From the NCBI RefSeq assembly GCF_006345805.1, contig NC_043002.1, positions 25,792,001 to 25,856,000 on the forward strand: a DNA stretch of 64,000 nucleotides. The letters are read 5' to 3'. Of the stretch, positions 38,841 through 51,205 are shown one piece after another. Every line of letters begins with the position of its first letter. Position 1 is the stretch's first letter. Under the pieces are notes generated by a model that saw only the letters and a program-made list of their open reading frames with translations, ran no database searches and was not told the origin of the DNA. The translations under genes were made by a program, and so were the position numbers. The stretch is from Octopus sinensis. Its lineage: Eukaryota.

Positions 38841-38933
<93 letters not shown>
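38420..38933. repeat. (ATCT)/(GTCT)/(CT) compound microsatellite
   Basis: Direct reading. Confidence 0.97.
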
Positions 38934-38934
<1 letters not shown>

Positions 38935-38935
38935 A

Positions 38936-39439
38936 TCCCTGGCCTGGCGGTGCTACCGAGAAGCGCTACCCGTTCGGGATAAGCTCTATTGGCATGGCTC
39001 GAGAAACACGGGGCCGACCTACCCGAGATGCGGGCAGAGCGACGAAACCGCTCTGCACGCAATCGTGCAGTGTCCAACAATCTCCGACCTCTGGGCTTAT
39101 GTTGAACGACTGCTGTCACGTGTGGGACGTGTCGGTTTATCAGCCGAGTCTATCGTTAATATCGTCACGCCTCCTTCCTTCAAACGGGAAGGAAGAGCTA
39201 TTTTTATCATACTTGTGGCTATGGTGAAAGAATGTATCTGGTGGACGCGCCTGAAAGGATTAGAGACAAACACTTTCCTCTCTGGTCAATCTCTCATCAA
39301 CTTCTTCAAGTATCACTTGAAGAGGAAAGTGAGAGTAGAGAGGCAGGTTTTGTCTAGTGAATGTTTTAAAAAAAGATGGGTGAATGTAGCAAGGATGGCA
39401 CGTATGAATGACGAAGCCACCTTGACTATGATTCTATGA
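38936..39439 (+). CDS. Tx1-type ORF2 C-terminal zinc-knuckle region (5' partial)
   Basis: No stops across 168 codons; CxxC...H...C motif with the first Cys as Tyr. Confidence 0.7.
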   Translation, partial: SLAWRCYREALPVRDKLYWHGSRNTGPTYPRCGQSDETALHAIVQCPTISDLWAYVERLLSRVGRVGLSAESIVNIVTPPSFKREGRAIFIILVAMVKECIWWTRLKGLETNTFLSGQSLINFFKYHLKRKVRVERQVLSSECFKKRWVNVARMARMNDEATLTMIL

Positions 39440-39810
39440 ACCGTAAAAATTTATACAGAGAGTTGCTTATTTGCAAAAAAAAAAAAGAAATATAACATAT
39501 GACTTCATTGACCAAGGTTACCGTGGTCTTTTCCGTAGGCTTTTCTTTCCACGGGTAAACCTCACCTGTCCTCCCCTTTACACTTCATATTGACATTTCT
39601 GTGATAACGATCCCTATTGATCAAATTTTTTTTCCTTCCCCCCACCTTTTTTTTTTTAAATTATATCCCCCCTTATTTTGTCCTCTTTCTTTCCATTTAC
39701 GATCCCTTTTGATCGAAAACCAAACCCCCTTCTTTTACCCCCAAAAGAAAAGCTCTACCTTGTAATTTTGTCCTGTCTGTGTGCAGCCCTGTGTGGCTAA
39801 TAAAGAAACA
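38936..39810 (+). mobile_element. Tx1/L1-clade non-LTR retrotransposon 3' end, 5'-truncated, inside (ATCT)n
   Basis: Open frame 38936-39439: [17 protein letters not shown]...[19 protein letters not shown] (zf-RVT type), then 3' UTR and AATAAA at 39799. Confidence 0.88.
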
Positions 39811-39897
<87 letters not shown>

Positions 39898-40372
39898 GTA
39901 TCTATCTATCTAACCATCTATCTACCTATCTCTAACTATTTGAATACATACACACATACACAGACACATGCACACACAGAGGGAATATAAACATAATTAT
40001 CATACTCAATAGGTTTTATTTATTTATCTAACAACATAATTTAAAAAATATGTATATCTCATATACATATTTATGATATATCGCATGACCTACATTTTCT
40101 TGCCTCTTTCATATACTACTATTAATTTTCTTCGACCCAAGAGCGACCAGATTATCTGTATATACTTCCAGAAATTATTCCTAACACTTAAAATTCTATG
40201 GCATTTCTTTATAATTATTTATCAATAAATAACACATTGGTTTCTGGAGGCTAGACCAATTAATAATATGAAGACGTTGTTTCTTTCAACATTTGCTTCA
40301 GGAAATATAAGATTATATTTCGATAATAGGAAATGTTCTTTTGGATCCTTCTTTAGACAGAGCTTATATATA

Positions 40373-40403
<31 letters not shown>

Positions 40404-40508
40404 CATACATACATACACACATACACACATACATACATACATACATACATACATACATGCATACATACATACATACACACACATATATATATGTATATAT
40501 ATATAATT

Positions 40509-40540
<32 letters not shown>

Positions 40541-40541
40541 C

Positions 40542-40606
<65 letters not shown>

Positions 40607-40644
40607 CACATATACATATATAATATATATATATATATTATATA

Positions 40645-40985
40645 CTCTTTTACTTGTTTCAGTCATTTGACCTTGGCCATGCTGGAACACCGCTTTTAGT
40701 CGAGCAAATCGACCCCAGGACTTATTCTTTGTAAGCCTAGTACTTATTCTATCGCTAAGTTACGGGGAAGTAAACATCGGTTGTGAAACGATGTTGGGGG
40801 GACACAGAAACACACACACACACACACACGTATATATACATATATACGACGGTCTTCTTTCAGTTTCCGTCTACCAAATCCACTCACAAGGTTTTGGTCA
40901 GCCCGAGGCTATAGTAGAAGACACTAGCCCAAAGTGCCACGCAGTGGGACTGAACCCGGAACGATATGGTTCGTAAGTAAGCTAC
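40645..40985 (-). mobile_element. SINE-B
   Basis: Tail tactcttttacttgtttcagtc; head ccacgcagtgggactgaacccgg. Confidence 0.88.
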
Positions 40986-40998
40986 TTAAGATTTATAT

Positions 40999-41030
<32 letters not shown>

Positions 41031-41129
41031 ATATTATATATATATATATCATATATATTCTATATTTATCATATATATTTAAGATGTCTATTTTTTTCTA
41101 TCGGATCAGTCTGCGTATATTACGAGAGT

Positions 41130-41420
41130 GATTGGTGTATTCGACTCACGATCGTAAGACCGTGATTTCGATTCCTGGCGGCCCGCTGTGTTCTTAAGCA
41201 AGCCACTTTATTTCACATTGTTTCAGTACATTCAGCTAACGAAAATAGATAGTAACTGTATTTCATAGGGCCAGTCTTCTCACGCTGAGTTTCTCTGACG
41301 ACTGCGTTAAGGGTACACGTGTCTTTGGAGTGCTTAGCCACTTGTACGTTAATTTCAAGATGAGGTTGTTCCGCTGATCAGATCAATTGGAGTCATCGTC
41401 GTCGCAACTGACGGGGTGCC
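41130..41420 (+). mobile_element. SINE-C, diverged
   Basis: gtgatttcgattcctgg...gtgttcttaagcaagccacttt. Confidence 0.72.
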
Positions 41421-41469
41421 ATTGGCTTTTATGAGGACTCAATTATGAGCGTAGATATGGTCGAGTGAT

Positions 41470-41725
41470 CAATTATGTGAACCAAGGTTCGAGCTCACTG
41501 TGCGGAATCTTAGCCAAATATTGTTTTTTTAAAAAAAATAATCTCGCCAACAAAAGCCGGGTAGAAGTTGAAACTCTTTTTGGTCCATGAGGCCTATGAG
41601 ACTGCATGGACCATAAGTAAAGCATGTGTAAAATTTGAATGAAATCGGTTGGGTAGTTCTTGAGTTTTAGTGATGCACACATACAGACACACAGACAGAC
41701 TCATTCTCAGTTTTATAATTATAGA
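41470..41725 (-). mobile_element. Helitron-type non-autonomous element 5' part
   Basis: Minus strand starts A|TCTATAATTATAAAA followed by a tgtctgtgtgtctg tract and aaccgatttcattcaaatttt; 3' end not found. Confidence 0.6.
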
Positions 41726-41850
41726 TACACTCATACATATTTAATTGCATAATCTACAAACTGATAACGATGGTTAAAAGTATTTAATATTTTTTGCAAT
41801 AAGCAAACATCTTTTAGGACATGACAAGTACCAACTGGTTAAAGTAATTT

Positions 41851-42297
41851 GAGATCTTTTCGGTTTGACCGGCAGTTTTTTAAAATAATTTCCACGTAAC
41901 TAAATACTTTTAAACTTCGTATACTGGTAGAATGTTTTTATAAAACATCTTTTTCTCTTGGCTTTATTGAGAAAATTCTATAGTTTGTAAGATATTTGTT
42001 GATCTTTTTCTTCAATTTCTGCAATTTCAACCAATCAATGACGTCTATTGAGGTGAAAACATTCTGTGCCGTATGAAATTGTCCCTCATTTAAGAAAGAG
42101 TTTGAGTTTATTTACATTTGTGAAGAAAAAAAGATACCCTTCCCCCCACCCCTAACCCTAACACTAACTAACCCTAACTCTAACCCTAACCCTAAAACAG
42201 ATTGAAATGCAATAGATCGATACCAGGGTCATAATTATGGGTGACAATTTCATATGACACCGCTAGAAAAAACTGCCGTTCAAACCGAAAAGATCCG
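41851..42297. mobile_element. MITE with 28-bp TIRs and an internal (CCCTAA)n tract
   Basis: gatcttttcggtttgaccggcagttttt / aaaaactgccgttcaaaccgaaaagatc; TA at 42298-99. Confidence 0.78.
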
Positions 42298-42328
42298 TAA
42301 TTTATTCCTCACATAATGGATTCGCATA

Positions 42329-43620
42329 CGAGGGACGTTCAATAAGTAATGCCTCTGACCCACTTGCAGTTGTTTGATCTAGCTGAAATTTTGCATGTGC
42401 AATCATTTATATCTCTATAGAGTAAGTGGCAAATTACAGCTCTGAATTAATAGTGGTTTCTGATTTACAGGTGTTTGAACCGAGTCAAGTGTGAAATGGA
42501 GCCTGTTGAGTGTCGAGCAGTGATCCGGTTTTTGTATTTGAAAGGACGCACACCACGGGAGACTTTTGATGAAATGAAAGTAACTTATGGTGATGATGCC
42601 CCATCATATGACCTTGTAAAACGCTGGCATCGTGAATTCAAACATGGTCGGAACTCTGTGGAAACAGCTCCAAGATCTGGTCGCCCCCTTCTGCCATTGA
42701 TGAGGCATCTGTCCGTCAAGTTGAGGCTGCCATTTTGGAAGATCGAGGTATAATTATTCGCCAAATAGCCCATGAGGTCAAGATTAGTACCGGGTCTGTG
42801 GAAACTATCATTCATGACCATTTGCATATGCAAAAGGTGTCTGCCAGATGGATTCCCAGGCTGCTCACACCTTTCCAGAAGCAAGAACGCGTCGAGTGCT
42901 CGAGGGTGAATTTGGAGATGTGCCAAGAAGATGAGTCAAAATTTTTCAAAAGGCTGATTACACAGGATGAAACCTGGGTCCATCACGATGATCCAGAAAC
43001 CAAATCCCAGTCAATGCAGTGGAAGCACCGTGACTCACCCCCTCCAAAGAAGGCAAGGGTGCAGCCCTCCACTTGTAAGGTCATGCTCACAGTCTTCTGA
43101 GACCAGGACGGAGTAGTGATGACAGATTTCCTGGTAAAGGGTACCACAATTGCAGGAGCCTATTATGCTTCACTTTTGAGGAAATTAAGAGAAGTTATCA
43201 AAATCAAGAGGCGGGGCCAGATCAGCAAAGGCATCCTCCTCCTGCAGGACAACGCTCCGGTCCACAACTCGCTTGTCGCCAGATCAGAAGCACAGGCGTA
43301 TTGGCTATGAACTCATCCCCCTCCCCCCTACTTTCCTGACCTTGCACCCTCTGATTTTCACCTCTTCCCAATCATGAAGTTGTTTTTGAAAGGAAAGCGT
43401 TTCCCAGATGAAGCAACCTTGATTTCTGAAGTCACGTTGAGGTTGGAGGACCAAGCTGGGTTCTTCTACAAAAACGGTCTTCAGATCCGCATCAAACGAT
43501 GGGAGAAATGCGTAAGTCTGGGTGGTTCCTATGTAGAAAAAGACTAATAACTGTGCCAAGTTTCGTTGCTCTACTGCTATGGGAAGTGGGTCAGGGGCAT
43601 TACTTATTAAACGCCCCTCG
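42329..43620 (+). mobile_element. Full-length mariner transposon (irritans / Hsmar2-like, DD34D), 1292 bp
   Basis: TA TSD on both sides; TIRs cgagggacgttcaataagtaatgcc / ggcattacttattaaacgcccctcg. Confidence 0.97.
42497..43548 (+). pseudogene. Mariner transposase, disrupted
   Basis: WIPRLLT, ITQDETW, QDNAPVH and YFPDLAPSD motifs; frameshifts near 42690 and 43305-43320; TGA at about 43098. Confidence 0.93.
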
Positions 43621-44033
43621 TATCATGAAAGATGGTGACGTATAAAAAATGTGACTTTTCATCAGCACTAAGTCTATGACCACTTCTTTACATTTTTGTG
43701 TCTTATGCAAATACTGATGTTTTTAGGAAAATATCACGTATTTTTTTTCAAGTGAACAGATGAATATATCTAGTATTATGTCAGCGAAACTGAATAAATG
43801 AGTTTGACTTAATTCCCAATGATCCTTTGACAGCCAATCAAATATCTACGACTTATATTTAACAATATTAAAAAAAATCTTATTTTATTTAAGAATATTT
43901 TTATTTGCCACACTGATTCCCTTCTTCAATCACTTGAATAGTTGGTAACTAGAAAATCAAAGGAGCGATGATTCAAGATGCTTCAGTTCCTAATAAAATA
44001 TAAAAGTCTGAACGAGTTAATAATCTTTGGTCT

Positions 44034-44064
<31 letters not shown>

Positions 44065-45062
44065 CACCCACACGCGCACGCACGCACGCACACACACACA
44101 CACAGACACACACACACACAGACACACACACACACACACACACAAAATTATATAAAATTTCAATTATACAATGGAGGCAATTCTATGATGAAAATCCTAT
44201 CTGTATAACATACTTAATGCACGTGTGTAGTTGAAACGACAGAAGCAGCAAGTTTTGTCCAGAAAAATCTCTGTATAGATGTACCGTATTGCTGAGCTAG
44301 GTGAAATGATATCGCTCCAGGATCAACCACAAGAACGACAAATAAGTATTTCGCTGATGATGCGGTTTCTCAATGTCACGTACGCGAGTCACTTCCGAAA
44401 CGAAATCGAATTAAACTAGTGTGAGATATATAGGAATAGTGTATAAACTATACACTGGTATGAAAAGGCACCGCATGAGCAATGGAGGTAGCTTTATAGC
44501 ATAAAACTCTATCAGTCTAACACACTCATGGTATGTCTATAGTTAGTACGCCAAAAGCTGCGTAGTATATTTCTATATAAACAACGGGCTTCCATGCGGT
44601 TTCCATCCACCAAATATTCGGCAAATATTGTATATAGTAGAAGGCACTTGCACAAACCACCTCACAATCGGTTCGAATTCGAAACCTCATTTTGGCAAAG
44701 CAAACTTCCAACCCGTAGCCGTACTTGCTATTTTATTCAATATATTTTTCATTCTTTAGGAAGGTGGAGTGTAAGGGGAATTTGGTGATTGTTTCTAGCA
44801 AGTTGGGTAACCACAAAGAGGTTCTGTGACTGCTTATATATTTCTAAAATTATTTTATCTGAAAATTTCATTAATAATTGAATTGTGGAATTTCTTTTTG
44901 TATATATATGTTTTCCAGATATGTTTTATACGTGAAAAGATGGCCAATGATACTTCGTTAAAAATACTTATCCATCTTAGTAGTATATTATATAAATATA
45001 TAGATTTCCACCAGTTTCTGCGATGATTATTCTTATTCCATCAACTGGACTACCAGCTCATT

Positions 45063-45268
45063 GAATTGACGTTAGCATTCAGATTACACTGTCACATTGT
45101 TTTAAATTTATTATGCATTATCTCGCAGTTTTGAGACTTCGATGATGTGGTTGATGTGTTTTTAGAATGACATTGCAGGTAGGTTGGTGAGGCCAGATCT
45201 GGTAAGTTTCAACATAAAACAGGTAGAATATTTAGGATAAATATAGCCGTGCTACCTAAAGGTAATTC
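45063..45268. mobile_element. Degenerate MITE-like repeat
   Basis: Decayed ends ttagcattcag... / ...cctaaaggtaa; recognised from memory of an abundant octopus repeat, not verified. Confidence 0.35.
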
Positions 45269-45361
45269 TCAGATGGAATAAGTGTGAGATTGTGTGACAA
45301 GGCTAAACATTTAAGTTATATGTTCAGGTACAACTCAATCAACGGGTTTCCATATAATTTC

Positions 45362-45417
45362 TTAACCGTTCGGCCATGCCGTGACGGAAACCCGTCTTAG
45401 CATGGCCGAATGGTTAA
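45362..45417. mobile_element. Miniature piggyBac-type element (48 bp, TTAA TSD)
   Basis: TTAA-ccgttcggccatgc...gcatggccgaatgg-TTAA. Confidence 0.65.
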
Positions 45418-45717
45418 AAGGATCGCCTCGCAATTTTGAAATCCCGAGTTCAATTTCAAGTATTTCTTACTATATTTTCAGGCAAGTATCTCTGCTATAT
45501 TTTCGATTTTATCCAATCCTTCTAGGAAAATCGAACAGATAGATCTGTACACAGCTTCAGCTTCACAATTTTTAAAATTGTACCAGTGTGTATGTATTTA
45601 TCTTGCGTTTTCAATACTTTGAATCCGTCATCTGAAGACGGAACAAGTTTCAACAAAGAAACAAAACCAATCTCCGCCGCTGGTAATTAGATAACAGCAA
45701 CGGGTTAAAAAGTGATA

Positions 45718-46101
45718 TCTTTATATATAAAAGTGAAGTTGTGTGTCTGTCTCCTACGATTTAGATTCCTAACTACTCCCACATTTTGCGGTGCAGTGTA
45801 ACCAAAAGCGGGTATCTTATAGTCGTGATTCATATCGAGCCCTTCTGGGTATTAGCGCGCGTTTACGATGAGTCTACGATTTAAAAAAAAATTACCACCA
45901 TTTTTCCCCATTTTTTTTGCTATTATATAAGGGAAGTAACTCTCTAAATATGTATTATTAAATCTCAGAACGTAAAAAGCTACAGTAACACCCCCCTTTG
46001 TGGTTAGCAATATTGAGATGGCTATTATACTTTACATCTCTAAAAATGCTTATATAGTTATTTCCCTTACAAATCCGAGCAACGCCGGGCGATACTGCTA
46101 G
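45718..46101 (+). mobile_element. Non-autonomous Helitron, 384 bp
   Basis: A|TC 5' end; 3' GC-rich ccgagcaacgccggg then CTAG|T; inserted in AT without TSD. Confidence 0.82.
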
Positions 46102-46715
46102 TATTTGATAAAAAGACTGTTTCTTTTCATTGTTTTGGTTACTAACTGAATTTCCAAGTAGTTGTTGGCTGGTAACTTTCTTGGCCTCCATCGTCCCAGC
46201 TTTTTAGAATTACTATTTCTTTAGTAACATAACCAAACGCACCAATGATTAAAGGTACAAATATAAACTATAATAGGGAGAGTGGAATTCTAGGTTTCAA
46301 TACAGAATATATGATATTCTTTCTCACTGATTTTCAAAGAGATGTTCGCATACGCAGGTTAGCAGATATCTATAACAGTAAATAATTTTTTCGAAAATAC
46401 TTTCAATAGCTAACTAAACCATTCAATTGTAATGTTTCTTTAGATATATTTTCCCCACGTATATTTCTTTCAGATATCTGGGTAAAAAGGCCACGACAAA
46501 AGTATTTTATCTTGATTGTTATATAACTTTGTTCATTGATATAACAAAAGAACGGTTTAGTTTATACAGATATACGAACATCTTTCACTAGAGAATCTTA
46601 TCTCTTCTAGCCCACTTATATTATAAATTGTGGAGTATATGTATCTATATGCATACATAAATACATGCATGCATACATACGTATATTCATGCAAACACAC
46701 ACACACACACATACA

Positions 46716-46747
<32 letters not shown>

Positions 46748-46871
46748 CATACATACATATATATATTTCTATTGGACTGTATATATTTGTGTGTTTCAAT
46801 TATGTATACACACTCATACACACATACATGCATATATACATACATCATACATACATCTATTACATACTTAC

Positions 46872-46946
<75 letters not shown>

Positions 46947-47017
46947 AGTTCCTCTACGCTGCCGGGGTGTTTTATCTAGCTTATTTTTATGCGTGTATAA
47001 ATGTATATGTGCATGTG

Positions 47018-47053
<36 letters not shown>

Positions 47054-47064
47054 ATATATATATA

Positions 47065-47108
<44 letters not shown>

Positions 47109-47221
47109 TGCACATATACATTTATACACGCATAAAAATAAGCTAGATAAAACACCCCGCAGCGTAGAGGATACTTACATAAATATTAAATATATATATA
47201 TATATATATAATAATCATATA

Positions 47222-47325
<104 letters not shown>

Positions 47326-48326
47326 GGCGTCCAAAGCATACAAAATATTATACATGTGAGCCTCTACCATGTCTATAATTATTGCATAGAATTTTCCCCT
47401 GAGATATTCTCCATCAACCGTATTGTTGATATCCTCAAACGCTGTCACTAAGTACGCTCTCTTTCTATATATGTAGATCATTCTTAGTGTTGCCAACTTA
47501 GTATAATATGCTTCGCTGACGAGGGCTAAAAAATTGAAAATTGTCTTCCACTTTCATTCGTTAGCTTTAAAGAGTAAATCCGTTCCTGTATATACACTAT
47601 ATAGATTGTTCACAAATTTTGATAAACACATATTTGTGTTATTTGCCTTACTTGTTGCTTTTAGGTTTCAAACACCCATAGAAGGAAATTTGTTCTTCTC
47701 ACTACCTAGATAATTACAATTGATCGAAGTTTTTGAACTTATTATCTCATTATGATGTATATGCATGCCTTACCGTGCAACTATTCTTTTATTTACCACA
47801 TTGGGGCTTTTTGCGGTTATTTATCGGTTATTGAAACAATTAAAGCTAAATTTTCAGCAATGCTTATATAGCAGAGAAATGTATGATAAAATAAAATAAA
47901 AAATTGAATCTCAATATTCTAGTTTTATCTTCGCAATGAAAGTGTGAAAAAAAATTAACATTAGGGCTTTTAAAATGAGAACAAATTTTAAAGATCATAA
48001 GAGTGTAAAGTCAATTTCCATCGCACACACACACAGACACACACATACACACACACGTATACATATATAAATATACACGCATACTTATACATACACACAC
48101 GCATATACATGCACATGCACACTCAATTTACTTAACTTAAATGAGATATTTATGAGAATATATTTTCCTTTATGAACAACTATTTCAATAAACAAATAAG
48201 TAAATAAATATTCGTGAATTTTTACTTTTCCGAAGAAGCAATTAAATGCAAATAAATTAAATTTATTCTTATTTTGAAAACCTAACTTTTGGGATCTGTG
48301 AAAAGAGAATTTATGTGTGTTGTATA

Positions 48327-48495
48327 TTAGCCACTACACACATTTTGTTTCTCTCCTTGTTTTCTGTGTCCCTTTCTGTAGAAGAGGGTAGGCTCGAAAC
48401 GTAAAAGACTTTTTCTATTCCTGAGCGTTATACTAATACATCTGTTTGTTTTGTACACCACCTGTCTTCGTCTTTTTTTTTCGTAAACTCTCCCT
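48327..48495 (+). mobile_element. Penelope pLTR-like remnant
   Basis: gaagagggtaggctcgaaacgt motif typical of PLE 3' ends. Confidence 0.45.
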
Positions 48496-48588
48496 ATATA
48501 TATGTATGGATGTATAATATACACACACAGATACTTATACATAACATATATATATATACATTATATATATATATGTATATATATATAT

Positions 48589-50707
48589 ATCTATACATAT
48601 GTTACATTACTCGTAGTCCAGATAAAACTCTGAGTTTCAGATGCCGAAGTGGAAATCCACAACACACATCTCTTCGGTTATCTGGCTATTTGAAACGTTA
48701 TGAAAATACCGTTAAAAATGAAGGAAATTACTCTGTTATAACTCTGCTTTGCCTGCGTACTTATACATCGCTCGCATTTTTCGTCATCAAAATTATATAA
48801 AAATACATAAAAATATATAAAAATATATAAAAATATAAAATCTTCTTGGGACATAAACAGAAAGCATGTTTATCCGTTTTCTTTAGGGGACCAAAAACGT
48901 AACCGAAATTTAGTCACATGTCGGCATGATCCGAAAAGCTCTGTCCTTGTATTTAGACATGTGGTAGGGTCTAAGCTGCTTTTCCGATAAGCCATCTCTC
49001 CATGTCGCATAAACCGCACCTTCCGCTGCCGTTAGTGTAGGGCTTACATCTGGCCAAATCTTCCATTGTATGTTATAATCGACACCTTTATCTCTTAAAG
49101 ACCAAATATGATTGGATAATTGTGTCGCTTTTCTTTTGTTCCAGTGCCTAAAGCTCAAAGTGTGGTTATTGAACTGCCTTGAAATTACCCTCTGTCAGCC
49201 CCCGTATTTCTTCGTCGAAACGGTGTCTTTAGTGGTTATAGAGTTTACGGTAGCTTCATATATGATGGTCTTGGACATGCAAGCTCCATTTATCTATTCT
49301 CCTAGATACCTTCGGTAAGACATTCCCTAACGTACATTTCGCCATCTACAAAGATGATGCCCTCGCCTTAACAGCTAATACAAATGGACCAGCACAAGAT
49401 CGTTTTAGGAAGATATTATCCAGTTAATGAAACACTTCGGACTTAGTATAACTATAGACACTAACCTGACGGTTGTCAATTCTTAGACGTTGTCCTTAGA
49501 TCTTAATAATAATATTTATAAGCCTTATAGGAAGCCCCAATGATAGACTAAGTTTATCTTATGTAGGTTCATGCCACCCCCTATAGTATTCAAAAATTTA
49601 GTTTAAAATATTAGTAAGAGGATTTCTAGCCTCTCATCTAATGAGGAGATCTCTTCAATAGTCGTTGCCGTTGCCCCAGTTTATATAACGCTTTAAAAGA
49701 TAGTGGTTTTAGCGAAAAATAAAATACACCTATCACCAGCCCAACAGTAAGGAAAAAGGAATAATAGAGAAATATGAAGGTCATCTGGTTGGCCTTCAAT
49801 ATAGGTAATATTTCCTAGCACTGATAGATAGACATTTTCCAGTTACACCATGCTTATAGGAAACTCTTCAATAGACACATTAAAAATTAGTTTTAGTTCA
49901 ACTACCAATTTTAAAAAACATAATCAACATAACATAAAAAAAACACAAGAAGAAACAGCTGTTCATGCAGAGATAAAGAATTGTGCCCGCTAAATGGAGC
50001 TTGCATATCCAAGACCATCATATATGAAGCTACCGTAAACTCTATAACCCTAAAGACAACCGTTTCGACGAAGAAATACGTGGGCCTGACAGAGGGTATT
50101 TCAGGCCAGGTTCAATAACCACATTTTGAGCTTTAGGCACTGGAACAAAAGAAAAGCGACACAATTATCCAATCATATTTGGTCTTTAAGAGATAAAGGT
50201 TGTCGATTATAACATACAATGGAAGATTTTGGCCAGATGTAAGCCCTACACTAACGGCAGCGGAAGGTGCGGTTTATGCGACATGGAGAGATGGCTTATC
50301 TGGAAAAGCAGCTTAGACCCTACCACATGTCTAAATACAAGGACAGAGCTTTTTCGGATCATGCCGACATGTGACTAAATTTCTGTTACGTTTTTGGTCC
50401 CCTAAAGAAAACGGATATAACATGCTTTCTGTGTTATGTCCCAAGAAGATTTTATATATTTTTATATATTTTTATATATTTTTATGTATTTTTTATATAA
50501 TTTTTATGACGAAAAATGCGAGCGATGTATAAGTACGCAGGCAAAGCAGAGTTATAACAGAGTAATTTTCCCTTCATTTTTAACGGTATTTTTTCATAAC
50601 GTTTTCAAATAGCCAGATACCGAGAGATGGTGTGTGGATTTCCACTTCGGCATCTGAACTCAGAGTTTTATCTTGACTACCGAGTAATGTAACCATATTG
50701 TATAGAT
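48589..50707 (+). mobile_element. 5'-truncated Penelope-like element with an inverted copy of its 3' 700 bp
   Basis: RT AIYKDD (49341-58), KHFGLSITIDTNLTVVNFLDV, YKPYRKP; GIY-YIG IIYEATV...KYVGLTEG...LSNHIWSLRDKG...CGLC; arms 48589-49292 and 49991-50707. Confidence 0.93.
48618..48685 (-). ncRNA. Hammerhead-ribozyme-like fold (type I, variant core) in the PLE terminal repeat
   Basis: Stem I CCAGATAA/TTATCTGG, core CCGAAGA, stem II GATG..CATC, GAAA, short palindromic stem III ACTC-A-GAGT; indel-bearing second copy at 50613-50675 (+). Confidence 0.55.
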
Positions 50708-50774
50708 AAAGTTCCCTATTTACATAATATTGAGGTCTCTTCTTTTCTTTCTTTTTGTTATCTTACCGTTTTAT

Positions 50775-50838
<64 letters not shown>

Positions 50839-51128
50839 GTATGTATGTATATATATATATATATAATATATATATATATATAGATAATATATATATATAT
50901 ATATATATATAGATATATATCTATATTTTATATATAAATATATAAAGCACACACACAACACGCGCACACGTATACACACGCATGCACACGCCCGCACACA
51001 CATGCGCACACACACTATCCTTATAAACTAAGAAACTGAAGAGCGTTTGCAGCGTGTTTCTGTGTTGAATTTACGTCCTTCGATGGACAATGAAACTGTA
51101 ACAATCGTATCTTTCTTAACATATTCAG

Positions 51129-51205
51129 GAAGACGCTAGTGATTATAATAATTATTCAAAAGCCGATCACTGTAAATTTGAAATCTATCTTCTAATAATT
51201 GCAGG
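51129..51205 (+). other. Candidate isolated coding exon (77 nt)
   Basis: Acceptor ctttcttaacatattcag, donor G|GTAAGT, open frame EDASDYNNYSKADHCKFEIYLLIIAG; no homology recognised. Confidence 0.25.

Noticed and set aside
42148-42195. True telomere or chromosome fusion site
   Set aside because: Short, degenerate and enclosed by MITE TIRs.
47330-47496. Protein-like ORF segment (KFYAIIID) resembling hAT DUF4371, or an exon
   Set aside because: Too short, no supporting motifs and weak splice sites.
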